Source: Mobula hypostoma
Lineage: Eukaryota
Direction of reading: 5' to 3'
DNA length: 64,000 nt
Assembly (NCBI RefSeq): GCF_963921235.1
Contig: NC_086097.1
Coordinates: forward strand, 143,160,001-143,224,000
Each line of letters begins with the position of its first letter. Positions within the stretch are counted from its first letter, which is position 1. The notes under the pieces are model-generated. The model did no database searches and was not told where the DNA came from. It saw nothing but the letters and a program-made list of their open reading frames with translations. This document shows, one piece after another, positions 12,837 through 27,338 of this stretch. The translations under genes and the position numbers were made by a program.

Positions 12837-13383
12837 TGAGTCAAATTATGTATAGACACTCCTGTGTCTAGCGTCACTTTATGGACATACGATCGATGTA
12901 TATCTATAAGCAATCATATGTATTTATATCTATTGTGATTTTTATTATTATTGTGTTCTTTATCTTTTGTGCTACATCAGATCTGGAGTAACAATGACCT
13001 AGTTCTCCTCGACACTTGTGTACAGGAAATGACATGTAACAATCCTGAATCTACAGCAAGCGCTTCCTCAAGGTCTTTTGAATTGTGTATCATTCACTTG
13101 AATGTACACTTTGAATACTCTTATCAAAGGCCCTGGCAAGGACCAACAATTACAGTTAGTACTCAGCACCCTTAATGTGGCAAAGGTGCTTTACAGCAGT
13201 GTTAGCACAAGGTGACCTTGTCCTCGACGACAAACAGTTTGGTTAATCAGGTAGCTTTTAAGCAATGTGGAAGTTTAAAAGTTGAAAGTAAATTTATTAT
13301 CAAAGTACATATATGTCACCAAATACTACCCCGAGCTTCATTCACAAAAGAACAAAGAAATAAAACTCAACGAGTAAAGCACT

Positions 13384-13585
13384 AAGGAGTCTCTGTCCGT
13401 GCTCCCCATGGAATGCATGGGTTTTCCCTGGGTTCTCCGATTTCCTCCCACAGTCAAAAGACGTACCGGGTGGGATCAGCGGTCATTGTAAATTGTCCCA
13501 TGTCGGGATTGTCGAGGGTTGCAGCGGCAGTGTGGCTCAAAGGGTCAGGAGGCCCTACTCCGTGTTTTATTGCCAAATAAATAAA
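13384..13585 (+). mobile_element. V-SINE-type SINE (partial)
   Basis: V-domain-like core TGGGTTTTCCCTGGGTTCTCCGATTTCCTCCCACAGTC; (AAAT)n tail. Confidence 0.75.
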
Positions 13586-13859
13586 ACAGATTTAAACCTT
13601 TGTTGAAATGTGGAGAAAATGTCGGGAAGCAGGAATATTCCTGGAAACGACAGTGTGGAATGAGCTGCCTGAGCAAGTGGTGGATGCCATTTCGATTTCA
13701 ATGTTTAAGAGAAGTTTGGTTGGTACATGGATGGGAGAGATGGATGGCTATGGTCCGGGTGCAGGTTGATGGGACAAGGCAGTTTAAATGGTTCAGCATG
13801 GACTAGATGGGCCGAAGGGCCTGTTTCTGTGCTGTCGCTTTCTGCGATTCTCTGACCAG

Positions 13860-14470
13860 TAAGTCTCACTACAAACAAAGACTGACAAGCAACCAATGTG
13901 CGAAAGATGACAAATTGTGGAAACACAAAACAAACAAATGAATAAATAAATAAATAAGTAATACTGGGAACATGAGTTGTCGAGTCCTCCAAAGTGAGTC
14001 CACAGGTACTGTTCTGTGATAATTTCAGAGTTGAGGTGAGTGAAGTTGTCCATGCTGGTTCAGGAGCCTGACGGTGTTCCTGAACCTGGTGGTGTGGGAT
14101 CTAAGGCTCCCAAACCTCCTTCCTGATAGTAGCTGCAAGGAGAGAGCGTGACCTGGCTGGTGGAGATCCCTGATGATGGATGCTGCCTTCTTGTGGCAGC
14201 ACTCTTTGTAGATGTACTCAATGGTGGGGAGGGTTTTTCCTGTGATGAACTGGGCTGCATCCACCATTTTTGTAGGTTTTTCTGTTCTTGGGCACTGGCT
14301 GTAATGCAACCAGTCCACTGTGCACCTATAGAATTTTGTCAGAGTTTTAGGTAACATGCTGAATCTGCAAATTTCTTCGAAATTAGAGGTGCTGCCGTGC
14401 TTTCTTTGAAATGGCACACACCTGCAAGTCTCAGCACAGATCCTTGATATGATAACACCCAGGATTTTAA
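13860..14470 (-). mobile_element. Rex1/Babar-type LINE 3' fragment
   Basis: ORF 14025-14417: KTLTKFYRCTV...AQFITGKTLPTIE.IY..CC.KKAASIIRD. Confidence 0.85.
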
Positions 14471-16045
14471 AAAGGGAGAAAGTTCTATAGCTTGGATCTT
14501 GGCAGCTGAAGGCACAACTGCCCTTGATGGAGTGATGATATTCACAATTAGAGTAGTGGAAGCTCTAGAAATGAAGGACATAAAGATATTGTGGGAGAGG
14601 GGTCAAAGGCAGCAAAGATTAGCGTGTCCTCAAGTTTAAAGAGCATAGAACAAGGCAGGTTAGCTGGAATGAGTTGGGACAGCCACACAGATAGAATAAA
14701 ATGGGATTAGAAAAATGGTTGTTTGATATCTGGCACAAACTTTATGAGTTGAAAGGTTTGTTCCTGTGCTGTATGAATCTATGACTTCAAAGTTAACATT
14801 GCATAGGTTTCAACAAAAGATGAGCTGAGGCAGAACCAGTCAGGTAATGCTGTGAAGGTTAACGCCAACATTATTGGAATTGCAGATAGCTTTTTCTGAA
14901 ACACATTTCATGGTCAAATATCAGCAGCTAGTCAGCCAAAAGAATTTTCTCTGCAGGGTTAGATCAAAGCTGCTTAATTGGAACAAGTTCCACTGGCAAT
15001 TAGTATTGGATTCCTATCGTCTCTTTGATAAGTTATTTACTTTACACCTTAGATCCCATGAACGTTCAATGATTTTCAATGGTGTATGTCTTCACATTGG
15101 TCATCAGAACTTTTTCAACCAAGATATAAAGGGTTGACCTTCTTAGCTGTGGCTGGCAGTTCTGAAGGGAAGTGCTAGCAATCAGCCAATTGAATAAAAA
15201 TGAATGTTGGACTTTCATGAAATTATTTTAGTTCTGGGGCTTATGCTCCAATACAGGTCTCCACATGCAGCCCAGCTGACTGCAAAAAGATACTCCCCAG
15301 CTGGCACTCAGACTTTACATTGCGTTGGAGATCCCATATCATTTTAGATACTTGGGCTGAAAAAATGAGGAAGGCTAGTTGCATTCACAGTAGAACTTCA
15401 ATTTTATATGTTTAATTATTTTGTAGAATTTGTGTTTAATAAACCTTTTGTTTTGAATCTAGAAGATTTTTAAAAAAATTATTTATATTAATGTTACTAG
15501 TTTACATACGTCTCTGATTGTCACAGACGTTTAGAAACAGTAACAGACGTAGCAGTCAGCAGTCCTTCCCCCACCTGCACACCCTGCCAGGCATAGTGCA
15601 TGGTTGGGCTTCAGAACACTGGCACTTGGAGCCCCTTCTGTCAGGAAATTATCCCCTGACACCAGGCACGGAAACCCAGTGAAACCAACTCTCCACCTCG
15701 AGCTAAGTGGATGGAAACCTGGGGCTGGGTCCAAAACGTTCAGCCCATGAATTATGACTAATAGAAATAAATCCCTCAAGACCAACAAATATTCCTTTTT
15801 AACTGGATTTCATGTCAACCTACTCATATGCAACCAGTCGTTTACTCCAGGTACCCAAGTAGACCTAATTGCCTTCTGCCCGAACTCACTCCTTCTCATT
15901 TACGTCATAATTTGCAAGTCCATTAGGAAATTTTAAAAATGCTTTGTCATCCATGCAGTAGAATGAAATCATTCAGCTCCCTGGCTAGCTGAAGTTCTTT
16001 CCTTAAGCATCTTCAACACTGTTGGTTTCTATATATCTACCATAC

Positions 16046-16124
16046 CAGGGGTTCCCAGCCTGGGGTCTATAGAACCCTTGCTTAATGGTATTGGTCCGTA
16101 GCATAAAAAAAGTTGGGAACCCTG
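16046..16124. mobile_element. ~80-bp hAT-type MITE (copy A)
   Basis: Termini CAGGGGTTCCCA...TGGGAACCCTG; internal sequence shared with copies at 27260 and 37927. Confidence 0.75.
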
Positions 16125-17189
16125 CACTACACCAATTGGACAACATAGAGACACAGGGTTACAGCAGACATTGCAGTCTGGTATAACAAGCAATCTGCTG
16201 GATGAAACTCAGTGCATTGAGGAGCATTTGTGGGGATAAAGGAACCATTAATGTTTTTGGTTCAAGTGCTGTATCGGGACTAGGAGTGGAGAGGAGAAAT
16301 GGCCGGTGTAAAGAGAACAGAGGAAGTGGCGAGACGGATATTTTGACATGTGCACTTAGCAGATGGGGATAAGAGGAGATGGATGGAGGAGCCATTTTCA
16401 CCAACCTGGTTTGTCCTCACTAGGATTTCCTTTCACATGACCCAACTTCCTATAAAATTGTCTCAGCATGTTATTCCCATCTACCTAAATTTAAGGGTGG
16501 GAAAGCAAATGAATAAACCTATGAATTGACAGCAGTTACAAGGTAGAAATACACATAAAGCCATATAGTAATTTCAAAATACAAGGCTCTTGGATGTGCT
16601 CAGCGGATGCGGGGGTGGGGGAGGGGGGAGAGCTAAGAATAAAAAATCCAGCTGTATTTATAAATTCCTTCATTGAAAAACTTCAAATGAAGAGGGGTGT
16701 ACTATCAGAGCCTGCGTAAGTCTCCCTACATCATCGATCTATTGCTCTTGCTCTCAATTTGTCTTCACACTCACAACCTATGTTGCAACCAACAGATGAC
16801 ATCATCCAACCTACTGCCACAAGAAAAAGACAGAACAAATCTGTATCCTGTTCTAGCAGTACTTCCACTATCCTGTTTACACAACCAACACAAATAAACA
16901 TGAGTCACTTATAACAATGTGTGCACAGTAGAGTAGAAGGTACAAAAGAATACTGATCCATACTCAGTCAAAGCTCAGCTGGGTATTTCATCATAGAGCT
17001 TACAAAACAGTAACAGCTACTTTGCCCCATCAAACACACTCCTTTCACAGATCACATACACTCCACCTGTCAAAGGCTATACCTGCCCTTTTAGGCAAAG
17101 TTCAGGGACAAGACTTCCTTCTAAAGCAGCCCTTTGGGATTGGGGATATTTTAATTCCGATTTTATGGGTTCCAAGACCAACTTGGGAG

Positions 17190-17700
17190 GCCAAATTTGG
17201 GAACCGCAGATGGGGCAGGTGTGTAGGCCACAGATGCTGTGCCTCTGTGCTTTCCTGATGCATGGCTTTCAGGTTTTCAGCAGCACCTTGAATGCTCCTT
17301 TGTCACTTGGAATGGACATCCAGTGATTTTCAGTGGGGATGTTGAATTTCTGCAAGAAGGCATTGAACAACACATCCTCGATTTTCTCTTCGTCTGTCTG
17401 GCAGGTCATCCCTTGCACGATAGAGGTTAGTAAGGAGTGTCCCCATTGACGTCTGGTGTCAGGTATCCACGCAACATGGCCTGCCTAGTTCAATCAACAG
17501 AATCAATGAAAAACTACACACAAATAACCAATGTAGGGGTGTTGTCTTGGGGAACAATATTGGGAATCATTTGCCTTCCAGTCACTTTGAAGGATTGTCG
17601 AGTGCATTGATGGTGTTTGCTATCGGTAGCCCTGGTTTTAGAAACAAATAGGAGGGCACAGATCACCCTTGCCCAGTTTTCCAGGGCTTTGGCTCAATCA
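17190..17700 (-). mobile_element. Degraded RTE-type LINE fragment; related pieces at ~19720-20420 (-) and ~51190-52810 (+)
   Basis: Resembles 4800-5110. ORF 51397-51810 keeps a decayed G.K...G....SA.RK.I.R.LLN..LP....L....QYGF RT-entry pattern. Confidence 0.55.
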
Positions 17701-18549
17701 CCAGGTCTTGTATACTCCATCTAATACATAGTATACCTATCTACTTAAACAATTTCACCGATGTATAAGTACGCAAACTTTATCTGTTTGGGAACCATAC
17801 CAATGAACAAGTCAATTTCACTGTGTACAGTGTACCTCATTCCAGAATCTTTGTAATTCCTTGATCCACTATTGATCCCATACCAACTATTCAAGCAGCT
17901 ATCAAAATTGGCTGAAGTTTCATGGAAATAGTTAAAAGGGTATAAAAAAAAGAAAATACTGTTTAACTGAGTAACAAGTTATGTTTGTAATTAACAAACC
18001 ATCATTGACAAACTCTACTCCCTGTGAAAGGTTAACCCTCACTCTTGTGTACAAATGTAGGTTCTGTCACCCTGTATTTTCTGGCAGATGACGATGACGG
18101 GTGTAATGAAGATGGCCTATAATTTAGTCCAGTAGGATAATTTTTTTTCAGCTACTGTCAAATCTTTTTGTGGCATCTTCGCAAGGGTCTGAATTTTTTA
18201 AAGTCACAATAAAAAATAAAGATCAAAAATCACTGCTTTTTGAATTGGGGGTCCATCGGCCCAAATGGACAACATAACACAAGCATACTCAACTGATGCA
18301 ATTTATAAACTGTTCACTCTTAACTCAGTGTAGTTTTTAAATGGCCACACAAGTACACATGATTGATGCTAGTTTGAAACTGTTCAGCAATGTTCTCCCG
18401 TCCCAGTAAAAGCAGTACTGCATCTTAAATAAATGAAGGAGATCCTGTCTATTTTTCAATTTGTTTTTGTTCTTTCAGACTTGTCCTAAATAAGTGGATG
18501 CCCCAATTAACCAACAGCCCAATTAACGAGAATCCACTGTATTCCCACT

Positions 18550-19200
18550 CAAAGTTCAAAGTAAAGTTACTGTCAAAGTATATATGTCACGATATGTACC
18601 CTAAGATTCGTTTTCTTGCATTCACAGTAGAACAAAGAAATACAATAGAATCAATGAAAAGCTACAAACAAAAACTGATAAACAACCAATGTGCAAAAGA
18701 AGACAAACTGTGCAAATACATGAATAAGCGAATATTAAACACTGAGAACAGGAGTTGTATGCTCAATGGTAGGGAGGGCTTTGCCTGTGATGGACTGGGC
18801 TGAATCCACCACTTTCTGTAGGTTTTTGTGTTCGTGGACATTGGTGTTTGTATAACAGGCTGTGATGCAACCAGTCAGGATAGTCTACACTGTGCATCTA
18901 TAGAAGTTTGTAAAGTTTCAGATGACGTACTAAATCTGTGAAAACATCCAATAAACTAGAGGCACTCTTACATCTTTGTAATAGCTGATCACAGGCCCAA
19001 TTCTCTGATACTATTAAGGAATTTAAAGTTACTGATTCTGTCCACCTCCAATCTCCTAATGAGGACTGGCTCATGGACCTCTGGTTTCTTCCTCCTGTAG
19101 TCAATAATCAGCTCTTTGATTTTGCTGACGTTGAGTGAAAGGTTGCTGTTGTGGAACCATTCAACTAGATTTTCAATCTCCCGCCTTCCAACCCCTCCGA
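18550..19200 (-). mobile_element. Rex1/Babar-type LINE 3' fragment
   Basis: Same tail (AAAGTTCAAAGTAAA...) and body as other Rex1-type copies. Confidence 0.75.
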
Positions 19201-21349
19201 TATGAATTTAACAATATCCATTTAGTTTCACACCACAGATGCCTGAAAATTGCCGTGGAGAAAATACAGCATATTGTAATTAGATGCAGGTGTATTTTTC
19301 TATTCTTTCAAGGAAAGTGACCTTAGCAGGCTGAGTTTGTCCCTGGTTACCTTTGAGAAGGTGGTGGTGATCTACTTTCCTGAACCAGTGCAATCCTTGA
19401 TGTGCAGATATGCCCAAAATTTGTGAGGGACAGGGCTTCAGGACTTTGACCCAGTGACTGAGGGGGAACAATGAAACACTTCCAAGTCAGGATGGTGTGT
19501 AGCTTGGAACACAACCTCCAGGTGGTGTTTCCAACCACGCCTTGTCCTTTGGGTTGGTAGCGGTTGTGAGACTGGAATGCGCTGTCTAAAGGAAACTTGG
19601 CAAGTTGCTGCAACACACCATGTACATGGTACAAAGAGCTGCTGTGCATTGGCAATGGAGTGAGTAAATAAATGGTTGTAGATCGGATACTTACCAAGTG
19701 GACCACTGGGTCCTGTATTACAGCGCTCTTATGCTAGAGATTCCCAAGAGAGAGTGAGGATATTTTACTTTCTCCAAGGTGTCTTTCAGAACATTTCCCT
19801 TTGTCCTCCAGGTACTGTCTTGCCCTGTGAGAACTCACAGTGCATTGCCTGTTACAAGGGTTTGATGCTGGGCATATGCAGATAATGCGGCCAAGTCATT
19901 AAAACTGGCTGCATGTAGTTACAGACAGAACTGTTGACTTGGGAGAGGAGGCCGACTTTCATTTACTTGTTTGATCTAGATCTGCAGATTCATGCAACAT
20001 AGCATTGCTGGTGTATCTTCAGTGCCAGTAGTAGGTTCTCTGTGTCTTTGAAACATATAGCAGGGTAGGAACCTTTGCTGTCTAGCAGACTATGAGCTTT
20101 GTGCTGTGTTTGAGGCTTTGGTTTTTGAATACTCTTTTCCTCAGATGATCAAGGGTGGTGTTGATAAACTGGAGGTGAGTACCTCGTTCATTGCTGATAA
20201 TTATCTTTGCTGAGAAGTGTTCCTTAATATATGAAACTTTACATATTCCTTTGACCCTACCTCCAAGTTATTTTTGTCATGGGTCTTTAGCAGAGGACTA
20301 TTAACTATTCAGAATTGCACTCATTTTTGCCATTCTGTGCAGAAAAGATTTGTGTTTCTCCCTCAGCCCCAAGAAAGATAGTCAACACCTTGCTTTTCAG
20401 TTGTGCCTACGGACATAGAATGATGGCAAACCATTCAATCATGGGGAGGTATTTATACAATTCATAGCAGGAGATAATGTTGAACAATTGCCAGTGTGGT
20501 TCTTCATTTCTACAGCCTGAAAAAGGGTGAAAGAGGCAACAACATTCACCATATTTAATGCTCCCTTGGATGAACAGTTATGTCAGAATCCACAAGGCAG
20601 TGGAGCAAGAACTGTTAAACCTGATTTGTAGTTTTCATATCAGCACGGATTAAAATGGTCATAATAGCCCCTTCCTGCACTGCATGTTTCTATAATTTTA
20701 TAATCAATTACAATTCCCTAACCATGCTCTTACCTAGAAATGCATTCTTTTCACATAACCAACTCCATTTAAAGTTATGTTACTGCCTGTGCCTCAATAA
20801 CCATTTATGGTTAATTAATGAACATGCTTTTCTGATATGTGCTTGGGTTTAAAAAAAAGTCACTTCTTGTGCAGTTGCTCAAAAAAAGATGGGCACCGTG
20901 GATCCATTTTTGAGTTAAAGATGATTTTTGTCTTCCTCTAATAGCAAGATCTGGCCACAAAATGGTTCAAGTTCAAGCTCAATTGTCATTCAACCATACA
21001 CGAATACCCGTGAATACAGCTGAACAAAAGTCCTCTGGGGCCAAGATGCAAAACACAGCACCAACAGCCATACACAGCACGGCTCATATAGCACATATAC
21101 GACAGCAGTAAACATACAGTCACACAAAAAAATATATATAATATGGCCCAAGTCCCTGAGTCCACGGATGTTGTCAGCAAGAACAAGGTTACAACAGTCT
21201 GCAGATGAACACAATCCATCTTGTCTTCCACCAAGCGAAGACTGCAGGGCAGCACTATTGCGACTCAATCCAGCATGGACACCGCGTCGCACTGCCGCTA
21301 GCATTGCTTCCCTCTGAAGAATGTTTCTACAGTCCTTTTCCCGATATGA

Positions 21350-21655
21350 ACAGCGTTACAGTGGCGTGGTGGTTAGCACTGCGTCATTATAGCTCGGTGT
21401 GTTCCAGAGTTCAGAGTTCAGAGTTCCATATTGGCAGCATTCTATAAGGAGCCTCCCTGTGCAATGCATGGGTTACCCCCAGGTCTCCAGTTTCCTCCCA
21501 CAGTCCAAAGGTGTGCCAGGTAGATTAACTGGTCAGTGTAGATTGTCCCGTGATTAAATTAGCATTAATCAGGATTGCGGGGTAGCTGGGGTGACATAGC
21601 TCAAAGGATCAGAAAATCCTACTCTGCACAGCATCGCTAAAAAAAATAAATAAAT
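21350..21655 (+). mobile_element. V-SINE-type SINE, near full length
   Basis: tRNA-like head (GTGGCGTGGTGGTTAGC ... GAGTTC), V-core GGTCTCCAGTTTCCTCCCACAGTCCAAAG, (AAAT)n tail. Confidence 0.8.
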
Positions 21656-23719
21656 ATTTCGTTTTGTCTGTGTGCTTTTGTATTTAAAACAAAGTGTATA
21701 TTCATCTGCTGGCCATAGGAAATTCAAAGAATCTCAGTAATACAAGAGCAGTTATTCATATAGACAGCTGGAGTCCTCACAGTAATTATTAAAGTTCAAA
21801 AAGAAAATAAAGTAAACTCAATCAAAATATAATTCATCTTTAGAGCTGAAAAAAGAGGTAAATGAAAGTAATTACAATCTACTTTGTGCAATACTAGCCA
21901 TGCCTTTCTGATCACTCATCAGTTTTACTGGCTTTGTGACAAAATTGTCTTGTTACATTTAGACTTCTTGTGACAGGGTACTCTCAGAGTTTATTTCCTT
22001 CATTACACTTTCACACATTTAATGACATTCTCCGATCCTTTCTTCTAATAAATATTTTAGAACAATTTGCCAAGCAGTCACTGACTTCTGCACCCTAAAA
22101 TCCAGATTAGCTTTGATTAGCCCATCTTTCCCTTCACAAACTGCCTACCTTCCTAACATTACAAATCTGCTTGCTAATATTATCTTTCCAAAACTACTCT
22201 AGGTGTCACTGTGGCTCAGTAGAAGTACTCTTACCTCCAAAAGGCCATTCAAATCCTACTCCATGAATTTAAGCACAAGGAGGTAGCACTAGAAAGGTGG
22301 AGGCAGGAGGCAAATTAGAAATTACTGACTTATTATGACATAGGAGACCACTGGGCTCAGCTGGACCATGGAATTCTTTAAGTATTATTCCCCATCCCAA
22401 TTCCTTTAACATCCCAGTATCTCTACGACATATTCTCTTTGACAATAGATTCTTTGATTCTTTTAGACAATAACCTGCCCTGAGTGGAAGTTACAGAAGC
22501 TTAATTTAGCACATCTTTAAGACGTGAAAGGAACCTAGAGGGCCTGGAGATAACACACAAGGAGCAAACAGAGAGTGTCCAAAATCAGGAGGCAGCTACA
22601 CTAAGTGCTGTGCCACCGTTAACGGAGAGAAACTGAACGAAGACATTTGGTCTCAGGCTGACATAACGAAACCTTAACATACAAGATTCACTTTGACAGG
22701 AAGAGAGAACACACTGAAACCTCTGCAGGAGCAGAAATAGAAGAATTCTGCAGCAGCATTTCAAACAGACAGGATGATTCCATGATGTCATTTATTCCAC
22801 CATTAACATTAGCATACCAGCTTTTTTGATCATTACGTCTTGGCCATCTGTACGGCCTTTCAAGCTGGCCACTGTACCTCCTCCATTAAACAAACCATGT
22901 GAGTTCAGTATAACTTCAAAAGTTGTGAAGTCTTTTGAGAGATGAAAGGCACTTAGGTAGATGGGATAGAAGTTTGTCCTTAGTTACACATCCCAAGTAC
23001 ACAATATGGTAGCACAAAAGAATATTGTTCTTCGCTTGCAAAATTCAGTTTCAAAGAAGTCAGATCAGAAACAGAGGAAAGCACATTTATGTTTTGTGTA
23101 AACATCAGGCAGACACATTTCTACCCAAGCTCAATGGCTTTCCCTTTAATCAATTCCTCCAAAGACATTTGCTTGACCTTCATCCACCATAGCCTCTCCC
23201 CATGCATCTATTTTTTTGTTTTTATTTCCACTTTTATGATTTTTTTTTATTAAAACATTAAGTTTAGATGCTAACAAAACTGTTTCATGCTACTCTTTAC
23301 AACACAGCACACTTTTAGAAGAGAAAGTCTTTTTTTTTAAACTGTTCAGTTTCTATGACAAACCACCATTCCTGTTCTTTTCTCCTTTCTGGCAGCCAGT
23401 TTTCACCAGATTAATCAAAAACTTGCTCATTCTTGTTATGAATCTGTTCTACAAACATTTGTTAACTAATCTATGCTCTTGGATGAATCCCACGCCTTAA
23501 AAGGGAGGTTGCTCAATTGCCAATTGCATCATAGCCCATCTTTTGCCAGTATCATTCTATAGGGAAAGATACATTAGGAAAGGCAATGGTATATTAAAAA
23601 CCACAGAAAAAGTGCATGATTAATTAAAAAATGAATCACTAAAGGGGAATTTAATAAATCCGATAGATTCTGGACTAGAGCCAGAAAAATTACTAAAGCC
23701 TTAAAATTCAACAAATACA

Positions 23720-24400
23720 CTGATGTGAAGGAATTCTTAAACTTCAAAGGTGTCCTATAAGACTCTTAAAAAAAATCTATCTCCTCCTTAAAAATAGTTA
23801 GTGACTGCTTCCACCCCTTTCTGAGGTAGAGAGTTCAAATGACTCAGCCCTTTAAGAGAAAAAAAACGTATTGTTCCTTCTATCATTCATTCTGTGAGGT
23901 TTCTTGTTTCTTGGTTGTCTGTGAAGAGTAAGAATTCCAGGTGGTATACTGTAGATATTTTCTGCTATTAAATTGAACCATTTGAACTAAACCTTTTAAA
24001 AGGGCGGTCCATTTTAAAACAGTGATTTCTCATTCTAGATTCTCCCTTTAAGAAGCATCCTCTCCACATTTCCTCTGTCAAGTTCCTCGGGGACTTATTG
24101 TGATTTAATCAAGTCACTTCTACACTTATGAACTCCAGTGACAGAATCTTAGTCTGTCCAATCTATTCCTCACAAGGCAACCCACCCATCCAGGTATGAG
24201 ACTAGTAAACCTCTCTGATCTGTTTTGAATGCAATAACATCCTTCCCTAAGAGACTAGTACAATATATAACAATCCAGATGTGGTTTCATCATTTATATA
24301 TCCTTTTATATAAATGAAGCCTGACTATTTTACTCTTGAACTCAATTCCTTCAGCAATGAATGTCAACATTGTTAGTGTTCCTAACTACTCACTATACAG
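23720..24400 (-). mobile_element. Old CR1-type LINE 3' fragment
   Basis: Decayed similarity to the CR1 at 11180-11700. Confidence 0.55.
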
Positions 24401-25593
24401 ACCAGACCATCCAATTTAGTGCTATTCAACTCAGTTTTCCCTTGGCATTCTGTACAATTTTTGTAGGCGCTTGGATTTTAATGAAATAAATTAGGACAAT
24501 CAAATTTTTTAATTATCCTGCATAAATATTTTAGATACTGTGTGGCTGAAAATGCTGTACCCTTACCTAAAATACCACTATTTTTAATCTGCAGCTGAGG
24601 TATCTATTAGAATTTGATTTTAGTATGTTTTATTTATGGGAAGTGTTGCCTAATGAGATGCCTGTTCATACTTAGCAGGATGTCTTATTTTGACAGTACC
24701 CTCTACCTCCATATCTCTACTTAATTAGAACAACATAGGGATGCAACTGTGGTGCTAAAATTGGCCTCAAGTCTCCTTGGGATAATAAAAGACAATTCTG
24801 ATGCTATTCTCATGGACATGTATGAAACTGTGATCTCTTCCTCATTTGGAGAAATTGAAGATGCTTAGTTTCCAAAAAGCACATGTAGAGGGTAGTTGAA
24901 GCCATGAACTGTATTCTGGCAAGAAATAATGTTTTCAGCAAGAAGGTGAGAAGGTCAATGAATTGTTTGTGGGACTAGAAATGTGAGCTTTCCTTTCCAA
25001 TGTTAAGTCCAAAAAACAATTATGTTTCCTTAATAGAATGTAAGCCAATTGTTCAGTCAATTAAACTCAATACAGGGAACAAATTAATCTAAGCTATAAT
25101 GCAAGGGCTTAAATGGTGCAAGGATGGTTTGGTTGAATGTTTGGCTTGTATCTTTAGATAGACATCCAAAAGGAAGAGCTGCTCTTCTGAGGAAAACAGG
25201 TTAGACATTTACACAGTGGCATGCACTTAAAAAGGTGATCTCAAAAGGCATTATCCATCACAGCTCATGTTGATGCATACATCCTTTTTTCTTCCCTCTT
25301 ACTTGAAAGCAAAACACCATAGTGACTTGAACATAAACTTAGAAACCACAAGATCACTGACCTACTTCACTAGCCAACTTGGTTTATAGAGCACATTTGA
25401 TCTAATTTAAAAAAAAGACTTCACTGGAGGCAAAAAGGACTGAGTCAATACAGAAAAACGTTGACTATATGACCAATTTCTTAGTCAGGGAGTCACTTTA
25501 AGAAAAAAAAAGAGTGGACATATCCAAAATGGACTATAAACAAAAAATATTCTGCACTCAGACCATTGAGATTTCTGATTGTCTGATTCTATT

Positions 25594-26191
25594 AACACAC
25601 ATCAAAGTTGCTGGTGAACGCAGCAGGCCAGGCAGCATCTCTAGGAAGAAGTACAGTCGACGTTTCGGGCCAAGACCCTTCGTCAGGACTATCTGAAGGA
25701 AGAGCTAGTAAGAGATTTGAAAGTGGGAGGGGGAGGGGAGATCCAAAATGATAGGAGAAGACAGGAGGAGGAGGGATGGAGCCAACAGCTGGACAGGTGA
25801 TTGGTAAAAGGGATATGAGAGGATCATGGGACAGGAGGTCTAGGGAGAAAGAAAAGAGGGAGGGGTGAAAAAACCCAGAGGATGAGGAAAGGGTATAGTG
25901 AGAGGGACAGACAGAGAAAGAGAGAGAAAGAAAAAGAATGTGTATATATAAATAAATAACGGATGGGGTACGAGGGGGAGGTGGGGCATTAGCGGAAGTT
26001 TGAGAAGTCAATGTTCATGCCATCAGGTTGGAGGCTACTCAGATGGAATATAAGGTGTTGTTCCTCCAACCTGAGTGTGGCTTCATCTTTACAGTAGAGG
26101 AGGCTGTGGAAAGACATGTCAGAATGGGAATGGGACGTGGAATTAAAATGTGTGGCCACTGGGAGATCCTGCCTTCTCTGGTGGACAGAGC
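25594..26191 (-). mobile_element. Young Penelope-like element 3' fragment (end of GIY-YIG ORF plus tail)
   Basis: Reverse complement closely matches 37140-37735; encodes QDLPVATHFNSTSHSHSD...LEEQHLIFHL.SLQPDGMNIDFSNFR. Confidence 0.92.
25653..25692 (-). ncRNA. Minimal type I hammerhead ribozyme (intact core)
   Basis: AUAGUC-CUGACGA-A-GGGU(CUUG)GCCC-GAAA-C-GUC^GACUGU: stem I, CUGANGA and GAAA boxes, stem II, GUC cleavage triplet and palindromic ACGU stem III. Confidence 0.75.
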
Positions 26192-27259
26192 TGATTCTAT
26201 TAACTGATTTTCACATTTTGAGAAGAAACAATTTTATTGAATCCGGTCATTATTTTCTAACTAAATGGGGTACTGTATGGCTTTATACTAGACTTTCTGG
26301 TTTGCTAACACATCCCAAAGATGTGTTAATAGGCTGCTGTAATTTACCCTTTAGGTAGGGAGGTGGCACGAACAAAATCAGAGGATACTTTATGGATATG
26401 TAGGAAAGAGCATAAGTTGTAGGGCTAAAGGTAAATAAGGCACACATGTAATAGGCTGAATTGCCACCTTCAGTGTCATAAGTACATAAACATTGACAAA
26501 TGTAGATGAGCAATATTTTCTACATTACAATACTACTGCAATTTAAACACTATTTCATTGGTTGTAGTGTGCTTTGAGGCATCTTGATATTGTGAAAAGC
26601 ACCAGTTAAATATAAGCTGTTGTTCTTGCAATGCACTAACACTTTCTACACAAGCTATGCGAGATTCCGTTTGCTCGTTGTCACATGAGTTTACAGAGTA
26701 CAAAGCATGTATGCACATGCTCTACTTGGCCTCTCCACAGAACTGCTCTCATCCACTCATTGTCGACCATTTACTCAGCTCTAACAGCAGCCAAATGCCA
26801 AGTCTGGAGATTCTGAAATTAACTCTTTCACCAACACTTGCTCTTTAGAGAACATTGTCCATAGAACAATAAGAATGAACTTGTGCTCTGCACCCATGTC
26901 TTGCATTTGGCCAATAGTCCCCCACCCCCTCAATGTCGCACATTTTACTTGTCCCAAAATTCACTTTATGTTGAATCCTTAAAACCAGCAAGAAAACAGA
27001 TTTAATCTCTAGGGCCTGCAAAGACCCTAGGGATAAAAATATAAACTTCAATATGTTAATACATCATGTAAACTCTTTAAAAAATGCTTAAATCTGAAAG
27101 CACAGTTATTATACAGTCAGTCCTCAACACAAGAAAACTGATTAATCAGGTAGCATAAACACAGGAGATTTTGCAGATGCTGGAAATTCAGAGCAACAAA
27201 ATCAAAATGCCAAGAGGGTCTCGGCACAAAATGTCAACAGTTTATTTCTCTCCATTGAT

Positions 27260-27338
27260 CAGAGGTTCCCAACCCAGGGTCCGTGGGCCCCTTGTTTAAT
27301 GGTTGGGGTCCAAGGCATAGAAATATTGGGAACCCCCG
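27260..27338. mobile_element. hAT-type MITE (copy B) inserted into a fold-back Penelope-like tail (~27157-27390)
   Basis: CAGAGGTTCCCA...TGGGAACCCCCG; the flanks CCATTGAT and ACATAGGT both resemble the CCATAGAT site of the host tail (decayed 8-bp TSD). Confidence 0.7.

Noticed and set aside
21350..21430. tRNA gene
   Set aside because: The A/B-box-like head belongs to a SINE; no cloverleaf can be formed.
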